A DNA stretch of 64,000 bases. Source: Spirochaetia bacterium (lineage in GTDB: Bacteria; Spirochaetota; Spirochaetia; SZUA-6; Bin103). Made by a program: the position numbers and the translations under genes. Location of the stretch: contig CBDATQ010000001.1 of assembly GCA_965199955.1 (NCBI GenBank), forward strand, positions 256,001-320,000. Reading direction: 5' to 3'. Position 1 is the first letter of the stretch; each line of letters opens with the position of its first letter. A model generated the notes under the pieces. The model made no database searches. It saw only the letters and a list, made by a program, of their open reading frames with translations, and was not told where the DNA came from. This document shows positions 53,250-64,000 of the stretch, in pieces.

Positions 53250-56200
53250 CCGGCGACCCGGGCGTCGCTGCCGGCGACCCGAGCGTCGCGAGCCGCGACG
53301 CGATCGTCGTCCGCGGGGCGCGCGCCAACAACCTCCGGGACCTCGACGTCGAGATCCCGCTGGCGCGGATGACGGTCGTCACCGGCGTGTCCGGCTCGGG
53401 CAAGTCGTCTCTGGCGTTCGACACCGTCTACGCGGAGGGGCAACGACGCTACGTGGAGACCTTTTCCGCCTACATCCGCCAGTTCCTGGACCGGATGGAC
53501 CGCCCGGCGGTGGACGCGGTGGAGGGGGTGCCGCCGGCCATCGCCATCGACCAGACCAACCCGGTGCGCACCTCGCGCTCCACGGTCGGCACCATGACCG
53601 AGCTCAACGACTACCTGAAGCTGCTGTACGCGCGTGCGGCCGGACTGACCTGCCGCCGCTGCCGCCGGCCGGTGCAGGTGGACACGCCGCGTACCATCGC
53701 CGCCGAGCTGCTGGCGTCCGCGGCGGACGGGCAGCGATCCCTGATCACCTTCGAGGCGCCGGTGCCGGCCAACTTCGCGCTTCAGGAGGTGCGCGCCCTG
53801 CTGGCGGCGAAGGGCTATCACCGGATCCACGCGGAGCGCCGCGCCACCGGATCACGCCCACGGCGCCTGGAGGTGGTTCAGGACCGGGTCGCGTTGGCCG
53901 GCCGCAACCTGCCGCGCATCGTCGAGGACCTGGAGGCCGCCCTGGAGCACGGCCGCGGGCGGGCCGCGGTCCGGCACGTGGACCAGGACGGCAGCGCCGG
54001 GCGCGCGCGCCGGTTTTCCGCGGAGCTGCACTGCGCTGCCTGCGACATCGCCTACCGCGAGCCGCTTCCCAGCCTGTTCTCCTTCAACTCCCCGGTCGGC
54101 GCCTGCGAGCAATGCCGCGGGTTCGGGCGCATCATCACCATCGACTACGACTTGGTGATCCCGGACCGCCGCCGCTCGCTGGCCGACGGCGCCGTCCGCC
54201 CGTTCCAGAGTACGAGCTACTCCGAGTGCCAGGACGACCTGATCGGTTTCGCGCGCCGGCGCGGCGTCCCGGTCGACGTGCCGTGGCAGGAGCTGTCCGC
54301 TGACGACCGCCGCTGGGTGACCGACGGCGACGGGAAGCACGAGGAGGGGCGCTGGTACGGCGTGCGCGGCTTCTTCGACTGGCTGGAGGGACGGAGCTAC
54401 CGCATGCACGTGCGGGTGCTGCTGTCGCGCTACCGCGCCTACGTGGAGTGTCCGGAGTGCCGCGGTACGCGCCTGAAGCCGGACGCGCTGCTGTGGAGGC
54501 TGGGAGCGGACGGGGGCCGCCACATCCACGACGTGGCGCTGCTGCCGATCGAGGAATGCGAGCGTTTCTTCGCCGCGCTCGAGGTACCCGCCGCGATCGC
54601 CGCCGGAGTGGAGCCGGTGCTGGAAGACATCCGGACCCGGCTGCGCTACCTGGTCGAGGTGGGGCTGGGCTACCTGACCCTGGACCGGCAGTCGCGCACG
54701 CTGTCGGGCGGCGAGGTGCAGCGCATCAACCTGACCACCGCCCTGGGCACGCAGCTCGTCAACGCGCTGTTCGTGCTGGACGAGCCCAGCATCGGCCTGC
54801 ACCACCGCGACATCGGCCGGCTGATCGGCGTCCTGCACCGCCTTCGCGATGCCGGCAACACCCTGCTGATCGTCGAGCACGACCCGGCGGTGATCCGCGC
54901 CGCCGACCACGTCATCGACCTGGGGCCCGGGCCGGGCCGGCACGGCGGCCGCATCCAGTTCGCGGGCCCGGTCGCCGGGTTGCGGGGCTCGGACACCCGG
55001 ACCGGGCGCTACCTCTCGGGGCGGCTGCAGGTCGCCGGCCGCAACGGGCATCCGAGCGCCGGCCACGGCTTCCTGCGGGTGCGCGGCGCCCGCGCCAACA
55101 ACCTCAGGCGGATCGACGTGGACTTCCCGCTCGGCGCCCTGGTCTGCCTGGCCGGGGTGTCGGGCTCCGGCAAGTCCACCCTGCTCTCCGACATCATGTT
55201 CCCGGCCGTGCGCCGCGCCAAGGGGCAGCCGGCGGAGGCTCCGGGCGCCCACCGCGCCGTGCTCGGTCACGAGCGCATCGCCGCGATCGAGCTGATCGAC
55301 CAGAGCCCCATCGGCAAGTCGGCGCGCTCCACGCCGGCCAGCTACGTGAAGGCGCTCGACCCGATCCGCAAGCTCTTCGCGGCCACCGAGACGGCGCAGG
55401 CGCGCGGCTACACCGCCGGCACCTTCAGCTTCAACACCGGCACCGGGCGCTGCCCGGCCTGCAGCGGCGCCGGTTTCGAGCACATCGAGATGCAGTTCCT
55501 GTCCGACGTCTACCTGCGCTGCGGGGACTGCGACGGCCGCCGCTTTCGCCCGGAGGTGGAGGAGGTGCGCGTGCACGGCCGCTCGATCGTGGACGTGCTG
55601 GACATGACCGTGGACGAGGCGCACGACGCCTTCCCGGAGCCGGCCGTGCGGGCGGCGCTGCGGCCCCTGGCCGAGGTCGGGCTGGGCTACCTCACCCTGG
55701 GGCAGGCGGTCCCCACCCTGTCCGGCGGCGAAGCTCAGCGGCTCAAGATCGCCGGCCACTTGCACATGAAGAACAGGGCCGGGGCCGCGTCGCAGGGATC
55801 CCGGCGCGGCGAGCCGCGGCAAGGCGTCCTGTTCCTGATGGACGAGCCCACCACCGGCCTGCACTTCGCGGACATCGCGGTGCTGATCGGCGCGCTGCGC
55901 AGCCTGGTGGCCGCCGGCCACTCGCTGATCGTGGTGGAACACAACCTGGACGTGCTGGCCGCCGCCGACCACGTCATCGAGCTTGGTCCCGAGGGCGGTG
56001 AGGGCGGCGGCCGGGTGGTCGCCGCCGGGACGCCCGGCGAGCTCGCCGCGGAGGGCGGCACGCACACCGCGCTGGCGCTGCGCGACCGGGAGCTGCCGGC
56101 GCTCGCCGATGCGCGCACGGACGGCACGGCCTCAGTCCCGGGCCCGGGGCGCAACGGCGCCATCGAGGTGCGGCGCGCGCGGGAGCACAACCTGCGCGCC

Positions 56201-58741
56201 ATCGACCTGACCATCCCGCGCGACCGCTTCACGGTGGTCACCGGGGTCTCGGGCTCCGGCAAGAGCACGCTGGCCTTCGACGTGCTGTTCGCGGAGGGGC
56301 AGCGCCGCTACCTGGAGTCGCTGAACGCCTACGTGCGCCAGTTCGTGCAGCCGGCCGCGCGCCCCGACCTGGACGGACTGTCCGGCATGCCGCCGGCGGT
56401 GGCCATCGAGCAGCGCACCAGCCGCGGCGGCCGCAAGAGCACGGTCGCCACCCTCACCGAGATCTATCACTTCCTGCGGCTCTTGTACGTGCGGCTGGGC
56501 GTCCAGCACTGCCCCGACTGCGCCGTCGCCATCGAGCCGCAGAGCGCCGCCGCGATCGGCGCCGCCATCCTGGAGCGGTTCGCCGGCCAGCACCTGATGG
56601 TCCTGGCGCCGCTGGTGCGCGGCCGCAAGGGCTACTACACCGACCTGGCCGCCTGGGCGGCCGGCAAGGGCTTCGGCGAGCTGCTGGTCGACGGCCGGCT
56701 GCTCCCCACCGATCCGTGGCCGCGCCTGGACCGCTTCCGCGAGCACGACATCGACGCGCCGATCGCCACCCTCGACGTCGACCGCCACGCCGGCCCCGCC
56801 ATCGAAGCCGCCGTGGCGCAGGCGCTGGAGCTCGGGCGCGGCACCCTGCACGTCCGCCCGCTCGACGGCGGGCGCGCCGGGGGCGTCCATGTCCATTCGA
56901 CCGAGCGTTCCTGCCCGAGCTGCGGGCGCACCTTCCCGGAGCTCGACCCGCGCCTGTTCTCCTTCAACTCCAGGCACGGCTGGTGCCCGCAGTGCTACGG
57001 CACCGGCCTGGAGCTGCCCGGCTTCGACGCCGAGCACACCGGCGACGAAGGGTGGTGGAACGAGTCGTGGGAAGGGGTGGAGGCGCCGTGCCGGGCGTGC
57101 GCCGGCCGCCGCCTGCGGCCGGAGGCACTGGCGGTGACGCTGGGCGGCCGCTCCATCGACGACCTGGGCGCGCTGGCGGTGCAGGCGCTGCCGGCGGCGC
57201 TGCGGGCGCTGCGGTTCGACGACCGGCAGCGGTCGATCGCCGGCGACATCGTCCGCGAGCTGCGCGCCCGGCTGGGCTTCCTGCACCAGGTGGGGCTGGG
57301 CTACCTGGGGCTGGACCGCGCTGCGCCCACCCTGAGTGGCGGCGAGGCGCAGCGCATCCGCCTGGCCGCGCAACTGGGCTCGCAACTCCGCGGCGTCTGC
57401 TACGTGCTGGACGAGCCGTCGATCGGCATGCACGCGCGCGACAACCACCTGCTGCTGACGACCCTGCGCCGGCTGCAGGAGCGGGGCAACACCGTGATCG
57501 TGGTCGAGCACGACGAGCAGACCATCCGCAGCGCCGACCACGTCGTCGACCTGGGTCCGGGCGGCGGCACCGGCGGCGGCCGCGTGGTCGCGGCGGGCAC
57601 CCTGGCGGAGGTGATGGCCAACGACGCCTCCACCACCGGGCAGATGCTGCGCGCGCCGGGCCGCCACCCGGTGATTGAGCGGCAGCGCGATCCGGAGGCC
57701 GGCTGGCTCACGGTCCGGGAGGCGGCGCTGCACAACCTGCGCGGCATGGACGTGCGCGTTCCGCTGGCGGCGGTCACCTGCGTCACCGGCGTGAGCGGCT
57801 CCGGCAAGAGCACGCTGGCGCGCCGGCTGCTGTTCGACCAGGTGCGGGAGCGGCTGGCGGCGCGGGCGCGGCGGCGCTCGGGCCGTTCGCCCAGCCCCCG
57901 CTGGGTCGGCTGCCGCGCGATCGAGGGGTGGGATGCGCTGCGCCGCGCCCTGCAGGTCGACCAGACGCCCATCGGCAAGACGCCGCGCTCGTGCCCGGCC
58001 ACCTACGTCGGCGTCTGGGACGACGTGCGCGCCCTGTTCGCGGCCACCACCGAGGCGCGCATCCGCGGCTACGGGGCGAGCCGCTTCTCCTTCAACGTCG
58101 ACGAAGGCCGCTGCCCGGAGTGCGCCGGCCAGGGGGTGAAGAAGCTGGAGATGAGCTTCCTGCCCGACGTGGCCATCCGCTGCGAGGGGTGCGGCGGCGA
58201 CCGCTTTGAACCGGAGACCCTGGCGGTGCGCGTGCACGGCCGGTCGATCGCCGACGTGCTGGCGCTGGACGCGGCGGCGGCGGCCGAGGTGTTCGCCGCC
58301 CACCCGCGAATCGCGCCGACCCTGGAGCTGCTGGTGGAGGTGGGGCTGGGCTACCTGAAGCTCGGCCAGCCCAGCCCGACGCTGAGCGGGGGCGAGGCGC
58401 AACGCATCAAGCTGGTCGCCGAGCTGGCCAGGCGCGCGCCCGGCGGCGCCGGCACCCTGTATGTGCTGGACGAGCCCACCATCGGCCTGCACATGGCCGA
58501 CGTGGATCGGCTGACGCGGGTGCTGCACCGGCTGGCCGACCGCGGCGACACGGTGGTCGTGATCGAGCACAACCTCGACGTGATCGCCGAGGCCGACCAC
58601 GTCATCGACCTGGGCCCGGACGCCGGTGACGCCGGCGGCCGCGTGGTCGCGCAGGGCCCCCCGGAGCGGGTGGCGGCGATCCGCCGCGGTTCACGCACCG
58701 CGCCGATCCTGGCCCGTTTCCTGCGCGAGCGGGCAGTGTGA
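53246..58741 (+). CDS. uvrA: double-length excinuclease ABC subunit A
   Basis: Four GVSGSGKS Walker A, four LSGGE and four DEP motifs plus CxxC fingers; 1831 aa. Confidence 0.95.
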   Translation: MTGDPGVAAGDPSVASRDAIVVRGARANNLRDLDVEIPLARMTVVTGVSGSGKSSLAFDTVYAEGQRRYVETFSAYIRQFLDRMDRPAVDAVEGVPPAIAIDQTNPVRTSRSTVGTMTELNDYLKLLYARAAGLTCRRCRRPVQVDTPRTIAAELLASAADGQRSLITFEAPVPANFALQEVRALLAAKGYHRIHAERRATGSRPRRLEVVQDRVALAGRNLPRIVEDLEAALEHGRGRAAVRHVDQDGSAGRARRFSAELHCAACDIAYREPLPSLFSFNSPVGACEQCRGFGRIITIDYDLVIPDRRRSLADGAVRPFQSTSYSECQDDLIGFARRRGVPVDVPWQELSADDRRWVTDGDGKHEEGRWYGVRGFFDWLEGRSYRMHVRVLLSRYRAYVECPECRGTRLKPDALLWRLGADGGRHIHDVALLPIEECERFFAALEVPAAIAAGVEPVLEDIRTRLRYLVEVGLGYLTLDRQSRTLSGGEVQRINLTTALGTQLVNALFVLDEPSIGLHHRDIGRLIGVLHRLRDAGNTLLIVEHDPAVIRAADHVIDLGPGPGRHGGRIQFAGPVAGLRGSDTRTGRYLSGRLQVAGRNGHPSAGHGFLRVRGARANNLRRIDVDFPLGALVCLAGVSGSGKSTLLSDIMFPAVRRAKGQPAEAPGAHRAVLGHERIAAIELIDQSPIGKSARSTPASYVKALDPIRKLFAATETAQARGYTAGTFSFNTGTGRCPACSGAGFEHIEMQFLSDVYLRCGDCDGRRFRPEVEEVRVHGRSIVDVLDMTVDEAHDAFPEPAVRAALRPLAEVGLGYLTLGQAVPTLSGGEAQRLKIAGHLHMKNRAGAASQGSRRGEPRQGVLFLMDEPTTGLHFADIAVLIGALRSLVAAGHSLIVVEHNLDVLAAADHVIELGPEGGEGGGRVVAAGTPGELAAEGGTHTALALRDRELPALADARTDGTASVPGPGRNGAIEVRRAREHNLRAIDLTIPRDRFTVVTGVSGSGKSTLAFDVLFAEGQRRYLESLNAYVRQFVQPAARPDLDGLSGMPPAVAIEQRTSRGGRKSTVATLTEIYHFLRLLYVRLGVQHCPDCAVAIEPQSAAAIGAAILERFAGQHLMVLAPLVRGRKGYYTDLAAWAAGKGFGELLVDGRLLPTDPWPRLDRFREHDIDAPIATLDVDRHAGPAIEAAVAQALELGRGTLHVRPLDGGRAGGVHVHSTERSCPSCGRTFPELDPRLFSFNSRHGWCPQCYGTGLELPGFDAEHTGDEGWWNESWEGVEAPCRACAGRRLRPEALAVTLGGRSIDDLGALAVQALPAALRALRFDDRQRSIAGDIVRELRARLGFLHQVGLGYLGLDRAAPTLSGGEAQRIRLAAQLGSQLRGVCYVLDEPSIGMHARDNHLLLTTLRRLQERGNTVIVVEHDEQTIRSADHVVDLGPGGGTGGGRVVAAGTLAEVMANDASTTGQMLRAPGRHPVIERQRDPEAGWLTVREAALHNLRGMDVRVPLAAVTCVTGVSGSGKSTLARRLLFDQVRERLAARARRRSGRSPSPRWVGCRAIEGWDALRRALQVDQTPIGKTPRSCPATYVGVWDDVRALFAATTEARIRGYGASRFSFNVDEGRCPECAGQGVKKLEMSFLPDVAIRCEGCGGDRFEPETLAVRVHGRSIADVLALDAAAAAEVFAAHPRIAPTLELLVEVGLGYLKLGQPSPTLSGGEAQRIKLVAELARRAPGGAGTLYVLDEPTIGLHMADVDRLTRVLHRLADRGDTVVVIEHNLDVIAEADHVIDLGPDAGDAGGRVVAQGPPERVAAIRRGSRTAPILARFLRERAV

Positions 58742-58774
58742 CGTGGATGAGAGGATGGGGACTGACCGAGTAAG

Positions 58775-59674
58775 CTATGATCCTCCGTGCACGTCGCCGG
58801 GGGCGCTCGGCCGTTCCGACTGGCTCCACGGCATGGGCATGGTGGGCGGCGTCGCGTGGTGGTCGCCGCGCGGCGGCCTGGGGCGGGCGCGGAACTCGCT
58901 GATCATGCGCGCGAGCTGCCGCGACGCCTCGTGCACGGCGCGCTCGCCCTTCTCCTTCGTGGCCAGCGTCGGCTCGCCCAGCACCCCGGTGTCGCTGTAG
59001 GAGGCGGTCCACGAGGTCACGTTGCCGGGTCCGTGGCCGTACAGGTCGGTGTAGAGGAAGTCCGACTCGTAACGGTGGTAGGCGATCTTCCCGTCGGCGA
59101 TCAGGTCCTTGCGCACGTCATCCTCTGCCAGGTAGAGGTAGACGGAGGTCTCCAGCTCGCAGGCGTGGGCGATGCCGCCGGGAAAGCGGCTCTCCCGCCA
59201 GCTCGGCAGGAACTCCGGGTCCACCGCCAGGAGTTGCCACCAGGAGCAGGTCAGGCATTCGGCGTCGGTCTCGAGGTTCACGCGGCGCGCGGCCAGGTCC
59301 AGGTTGGGCATGTTGGAGCCGTGGCCGTTGAGAAAGACGATCTTCTTGAAGCCGTGGTAGGCGAGGCTGGCGCCGATGTCGACGATGCACTTGATGAAGT
59401 GCTCCCAGTGGATGCTGGTGGTGCCGGGGAAGTCCATCACGTGCGCGGCGTAGCCGTGCACGAAGGGGTGCATGACCAGCACCTCGTCCTGGATCAGGCG
59501 CGCCGCCGCCTCGGCGACTCCGCGCGGGCACACCACGTCCACGTCCAGGGGAAGGTGCGGCCCGTGCTGCTCGGTCGATCCCACCGGGCAGACCACCACC
59601 CGCTACTGCTTCACCGCTTCGTTGATCTCCGGCCAGGTCAGCTTCTCGTAGCGCCACGACTCGGATCGTGCCAT
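58775..59674 (-). pseudogene. creatininase family amidohydrolase with an in-frame TAG at codon 24
   Basis: GGAGG SD plus [41 protein letters not shown]...NGHGSN...HACELETS. Confidence 0.8.
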
Positions 59675-59774
59675 TGAAATCCTCCACAGGTAGTCTTACG
59701 GTGACCAGACCGTACGGCGGGATCGCAGCCTCCGCCACCCCACCACGAACCGGCATCCGCTCGCGGGTGCCGCG

Positions 59775-61457
59775 TCAGCCTCCCTTGCCCGCGCGCTCCA
59801 TCCTGGCCCAGGTGTCGCGCAGGCCGATGGTGCGGTTGAACACCGGCCGCTCCGGCGTCGCGTCCTGCGAGTCCAGGCAGAAGTAGCCGTTGCGGATGAA
59901 CTGCACGGGAGCCGACGGCTCCGCCTCGGCCAGGCCCGGCTCCAGCTTGCAGCCGGTGAGCACGCGCAGCGCGTCCGGGTTGAGGTGGTCGCGCCAGTCC
60001 TCACCCTCGGCCAGGTCCTTCATGTCCTCCTTGGTGAACAGGCGGTCGTAGAGGCGGACCTCGGCGTCCAGCGCGTGCGCGGCGGACACCCAGTGCAGGG
60101 TGCCCCGCACCTTGCGGCCGTCGGCGGTGCCGCCGCCGCGGGAGGCGGGATCGTAGCTGCAGCGGAGCTCCGTGGGGCGGCCGCCGGCGTCGCGCACCAC
60201 CTCGTCGCAGGTGACGTAGTAGGCGTGCTTGAGCCGCACCTCCCGTCCCACCGCCAGCCGGAACCACTTGCGCGGCGGATCGTCGCGGTAGTCGTCGCGC
60301 TCGACGTACAGCTCACCGCTGAACGGCACCATCCGGGCGCCGGCCGACGCATCCTCGGGGTTGTTCTCGCACTCGACCTCCTCGACCTGCCCTGCCGGAT
60401 AGTTGGTGATGACCAGCCGGATCGGGTCCAGCACGCCCATCACGCGCGGCGCGGCGCGGTTGAGGTGCTCGCGCAGGCGGGACTCGAACATCTCGATCTG
60501 CACCAGCACCTGCGTCTTGCTCAGGCCCACGTCGGTGGCGAAGCGGCGCAGCGCCGCCGGCGGCACGCCGCGCCGGCGCAGGGCGGCGATGGTCGGCAGG
60601 CGCGGATCGTCCCAGCCGGTCACCTCGCCGGCCTCCACCATCTCCTTGAGGCGGCGCTTGCCGGTCATCGTGTGCGAGATGTAGAGGTGGTTGTACTCGA
60701 TCTGCCGCGACGGAAAGATGCCGAGCGCATCGATGAACCAGTCGTACAGCGGCCGGTGCGTCTCGTACTCCAGCGTGCACAGGGAATGGGTGACCCCCTC
60801 GATGGAGTCGGACTGGCCGTGCGCCCAGTCGTAGGTCGGATAGATGCACCAGCGCTCGCCGGTACGGTGATGGGGGGTGCGCAGGATGCGGTACATCACC
60901 GGGTCGCGCAGGTAGACGTTGGGTGCTGCCATGTCGATCCTGGCGCGCAGCACGCAGGCGCCTTCCTCGAACTCGCCTGCGCGCATGCGCCGGAACAGGT
61001 CCACGTTCTCGGCGACCGGGCGGTCGCGGTGGGGGCTGTCGCGGCCGGCCGATTGCGCCACGCCCCGGTATTCGATGATCTCTTCCGCGGTCAGGTGGTC
61101 GACGTAGGCCTTGCCTGCTTCGATGAGCTGCACGGCCAGCTCGTACAGCCGCTCGAAGTAGTCGGAGGCGTAGTACTCGCGCTCACCCCAGTCGAAGCCC
61201 AGCCAGCGGATGTCGGTCTTGATCTGCTCGACGTAGTGGGTGTCCTCGCGCTCGGGGTTGGTGTCGTCGTAGCGCAGCGCGCAGACGCCGCCGAACTCGG
61301 CGGCGACGCCGAAGTTGACGCAGATCGCCTTGATGTGGCCGATGTGCAGGTAGCCGGACGGCTCGGGCGGGAAGCGGGTCCGGACGCGGCCGCCGTAGCG
61401 GCCGGACTCCACGTCGCGCCTGACCGCGGCGCGGACGAAGTCGGCGGAATCGCTCAC
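59775..61457 (-). CDS. glnS: glutaminyl-tRNA synthetase (atypical motifs)
   Basis: TRFPPEPSGYLHIGH, DDTNP, RDPVMYR, GWDDPRLPT, HWVS, QFIRNGYF; GTG start. Confidence 0.92.
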   Translation of the reverse strand: MSDSADFVRAAVRRDVESGRYGGRVRTRFPPEPSGYLHIGHIKAICVNFGVAAEFGGVCALRYDDTNPEREDTHYVEQIKTDIRWLGFDWGEREYYASDYFERLYELAVQLIEAGKAYVDHLTAEEIIEYRGVAQSAGRDSPHRDRPVAENVDLFRRMRAGEFEEGACVLRARIDMAAPNVYLRDPVMYRILRTPHHRTGERWCIYPTYDWAHGQSDSIEGVTHSLCTLEYETHRPLYDWFIDALGIFPSRQIEYNHLYISHTMTGKRRLKEMVEAGEVTGWDDPRLPTIAALRRRGVPPAALRRFATDVGLSKTQVLVQIEMFESRLREHLNRAAPRVMGVLDPIRLVITNYPAGQVEEVECENNPEDASAGARMVPFSGELYVERDDYRDDPPRKWFRLAVGREVRLKHAYYVTCDEVVRDAGGRPTELRCSYDPASRGGGTADGRKVRGTLHWVSAAHALDAEVRLYDRLFTKEDMKDLAEGEDWRDHLNPDALRVLTGCKLEPGLAEAEPSAPVQFIRNGYFCLDSQDATPERPVFNRTIGLRDTWARMERAGKGG

Positions 61458-61591
61458 GAAGGGTTCCGGTAGGCGACGATCAGCCGGAAGCCGATCTCGC
61501 GGGCGTGCTCCTCCATGCGGGCGAGCTCCGCGGGGCGGTCGGGAACGAGGTCGTCGAGGTAGCCGCGTACCTCGGGAGAGATCGGGTCCAT
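61454..61591 (-). pseudogene. O-methyltransferase remnant (N- and C-termini joined)
   Basis: YLDDLVPDRPAELARMEEHAREIGF is joined to LIVAYR; no SAM-binding core. Confidence 0.6.
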
Positions 61592-61670
61592 GCGGCAATG
61601 CTCCCCGCTCGGCGCGCGGCATGCAAGCGGCACTGAAGCAGCAGCGCCGGGCGAGCGCTTACCTTGATGG

Positions 61671-62195
61671 ATGGACGAACCGCGAGAGTCGATCTGGAGC
61701 GTCCCGTCGTCGCTCAAGGCGATCTACTACTCCGTGTTCTCGGTCCTGGCGTTGCTGAGCGCCGTTCTGGTGCTGGTCGAGGTATTGAGCACCGAGGTTC
61801 CTGGCGGTATCGTCGGCAAGGCTCTGCGGTTCGGTGAGAGGTTGGCGTCGATGGCGGTGGCATCGGCCGCCTTGAGCATGGTCACGATGGAGGTAGTCGG
61901 CATGGTAGGGATCGTAGGCTCATACCTGCAGCAACGACTTGACGAGCACTTCGCGAAACGCGCGGAACGTGCACGCGCACGTGCGGAACGTGCTTTTACG
62001 AAGGCCGTTGAAAAGGCCGCTACAAAGGCCGCCGCAAAAGCCGCTGCACAGGGTCATGCGGAAGGCCACGCCCAGGGTCATGCGCAGGGCCGTGCAGATG
62101 AGAGGGCCAGGTGGGAGGAACGTGAGCGGCGGATCCAGGAGACCGGAGCACGCATCCCTCCCCCGCCGCCGCTGGACGAGGACGCCGCCGAGTGA
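61671..62195 (+). CDS. 2-TM hypothetical protein with EGHAQG-repeat/poly-Pro tail and an internal start at 61902
   Basis: RESIWS start, two hydrophobic segments, GGAGGT-N7-ATG in frame, tail AEGHAQGHAQGR...W...PPPPP. Confidence 0.75.
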   Translation: MDEPRESIWSVPSSLKAIYYSVFSVLALLSAVLVLVEVLSTEVPGGIVGKALRFGERLASMAVASAALSMVTMEVVGMVGIVGSYLQQRLDEHFAKRAERARARAERAFTKAVEKAATKAAAKAAAQGHAEGHAQGHAQGRADERARWEERERRIQETGARIPPPPPLDEDAAE

Positions 62196-62213
62196 GCGCG
62201 TCGAGCCGCCTGG

Positions 62214-62978
62214 TCAGTCCATGCGCATGCCGCCGTTGACGGCGAGGGTGCTGCCGGTGACGTAGGAGGCCGCCTCCGAGGCCAGGAACAGCACCGCCCC
62301 GGCGCAGTCGGCGGGCTGGCCGAGCCGCCTGGCGGCGGTGGTCAGCCGCAGCGCCTCCAGGGTCTCGGGCGTGTTGGTGCGCTCGTGGATGGCCGTGAGG
62401 ATCACGCCGGGCGCGACGGCGTTGACGGTGATGCCGGCCGGGCCCAGCTCCTTGGCCAGGCTGCGGGTCATCGCCGACAGGCCGCCCTTGGCGGCCACGT
62501 AGGCGGTGGCCCCTCCCCCTCCGCCGGTGTGGGCGGAGATCGAGGAGATGTTGATGATCCTGCCCCAGCCGCGCTCGCGCATGGCCGGGGCCAGCAGCCG
62601 GCTGGTCAGCATCGCCGCGGTGAGGTCGAGCGCCAGCGTGTCATGCCAGGCGGACAGCGGCGCCTCCAGCAGCGGGCGCATGTCGAGGACGTCGCCGGCG
62701 TTGTTGATCAGGATGTCGATCGGCCCGCCCAGCCGCGCGGCGGCCTCCGAGCACAGATGCTCGACCTGTTGGGGGTCGGTCAGGTCGGCGGCGATCGCCG
62801 CCACCGGCGCATCGGAGGCGCGCGCGGCGAGCTCCGCGGCGGCGTCCGCGCTGGAGCGGTAGCCGATCGCGACCGCGGCTCCGTTGTCCATGATCGCCTC
62901 GCTGATAGCGCGGCCGATTCCGGTGGCGCCGCCGGTCACCAGGGCGCGCCGCCCGCGCAGGTCGACGTGCAGATCCAT
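62214..62978 (-). CDS. short-chain dehydrogenase/reductase
   Basis: TGGATGIG, NNAG, S...YVAAK, VAPG. Confidence 0.93.
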   Translation of the reverse strand: MDLHVDLRGRRALVTGGATGIGRAISEAIMDNGAAVAIGYRSSADAAAELAARASDAPVAAIAADLTDPQQVEHLCSEAAARLGGPIDILINNAGDVLDMRPLLEAPLSAWHDTLALDLTAAMLTSRLLAPAMRERGWGRIINISSISAHTGGGGGATAYVAAKGGLSAMTRSLAKELGPAGITVNAVAPGVILTAIHERTNTPETLEALRLTTAARRLGQPADCAGAVLFLASEAASYVTGSTLAVNGGMRMD

Positions 62979-63128
62979 CGCGTACTCCTTCTCGGGTTAT
63001 CCTCGCATGGAGACGATTTCTATCGAGGCAGCCCGGGGCCGCTGGCGCGGCAACCGACAGAGTCGTAGCATTGGCGGATGGCGGCTCGGGAGGGGACGGG
63101 CCATGCCGGCGAGATGCCGACCGCGTCC

Positions 63129-64000
63129 ATGCCGCTGACAGACGAGCAGCGTCAGGTCGCCGATCCGGCGCTGCGCGGCAGCCTGTTCGTGGCCGGACCG
63201 GCCGGCGCCGGCAAGACCGCGGCCGCCGTGCATCGCCTGCGCCGCCTGCTGGCGGCCGGGGTGCGCGCCGACTCGATCCTGGTGCTGCTGCCGCAACGGA
63301 CGCTGGTCCGGCCCTACCGGGACGCGCTCCGCGATCCCGCGCTCGCCGCGGGCGCGGCGGTCACCGTGACCACGGTCGGCGGGTTGGCCAGGCGGGTCGT
63401 GGAGCTGTTCTGGCCGCTGGTCGCCGAGGACGCCGGCTTCGCCGAGCCCGAGCTCGAGCCGGTCTTCCTGACCTTGGAGACCGCCCAGTACTACATGGCG
63501 CGCGTCATGCAGCCGCTGCTGCGCGACGGCTGCTTCGATGCTCTGGCCATCGACCGCAACCGCATCTACAGCCAGGTGCTCGACAACCTCGGCAAGTCGG
63601 CGGTGATGGGCTTCGATTACCTCACGATCGGCTGCCGGCTGCGGGCCGCTTCCGGGAGTGATCCGGTGCAGGAGCGGGTCTACCGCGACGTGCAGACCTG
63701 CGCCACCGCCTTTCGCCGCTTCTGCCTGGAGCACGGGCTGCTGGACTTCTCGCTGCAGATGGAGGTGTTCGCCCGCCACCTCATGGACGTGCAGCCGGCG
63801 CGGCGCTACCTGGTCAGGCTGCATCGTCACCTGATCGCGGACAACGTCGAGGAAGACACCCCGGTGGCGCACGACCTGCTGCTGTCCTGGCTGGGCGAGT
63901 TCGCCTCCGCCGTGGTGATCTGTGACGACGACGCCGGCTACCGCCGCTTCCTGGGCGCCGACCCCGAGGACGGCCTCCGCCTGCGCGACGGCTGCGATGC
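63129..64000 (+). CDS. UvrD/Rep-like SF1 helicase-fold protein (partial, runs off the window)
   Basis: Manual translation: MPLTDEQ (Q motif)...GPAGAGKT...ILVLLPQR...LDFSL...HLIADNVEED. Confidence 0.72.
   Translation, partial: MPLTDEQRQVADPALRGSLFVAGPAGAGKTAAAVHRLRRLLAAGVRADSILVLLPQRTLVRPYRDALRDPALAAGAAVTVTTVGGLARRVVELFWPLVAEDAGFAEPELEPVFLTLETAQYYMARVMQPLLRDGCFDALAIDRNRIYSQVLDNLGKSAVMGFDYLTIGCRLRAASGSDPVQERVYRDVQTCATAFRRFCLEHGLLDFSLQMEVFARHLMDVQPARRYLVRLHRHLIADNVEEDTPVAHDLLLSWLGEFASAVVICDDDAGYRRFLGADPEDGLRLRDGCD

Noticed and set aside
59603..59605. Pyrrolysine or genome-wide TAG recoding
   Set aside because: TAG ends several well-defined genes here (pyrG, clpP, ssb, tetR) and no pyl genes are in the window.

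Overview
High-GC bacterial chromosomal segment, most likely from a Spirochaetota member (inferred from an Msp/Tpr-like outer sheath protein, class I LysRS, and spirochaete-style Ssb and ClpP). The accessory gene types resemble those I associate with marine host-associated or sponge MAGs, which is inference only. Most of the window is housekeeping: proCAB, argA, argJ, aroA, pyrG, lpdA, folC, tRNA-Ile2(CAT), lysS-rpiA-bcp-mnmA-cobA/hemD, era, apbE, clpP, infA, pepA, ssb, tag, a double-length uvrA and glnS. A variable zone at about 36-46 kb holds a 1117-aa Ig-like repeat lipoprotein, the 5' half of a class IIC group II intron directly behind that gene's terminator, IS debris, two coiled-coil PD-(D/E)XK-like proteins, truncated DUF1640-like genes, an exact 75-bp duplicated promoter/start module and an M30-like peptidase lipoprotein. 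The best candidate for an undescribed system is a pair of related 2-TM proteins (42446..42820 and 61671..62195). Each carries a strong internal Shine-Dalgarno plus in-frame ATG right after the membrane segment, predicting a separately translated charged C-terminal protein, the same layout as the Rpn/RpnS intragenic toxin-antitoxin defence systems but with a membrane domain instead of a nuclease. Other notable points: a sulfonolipid (capnine) synthase-like PLP enzyme, probable non-canonical starts (ATC for era, CTG for apbE), an in-frame amber codon in a creatininase gene, an atypical GlnRS active site and several gene remnants. No CRISPR array, integrase or reverse transcriptase was seen. All product calls come from motif recognition; no database searches were run.
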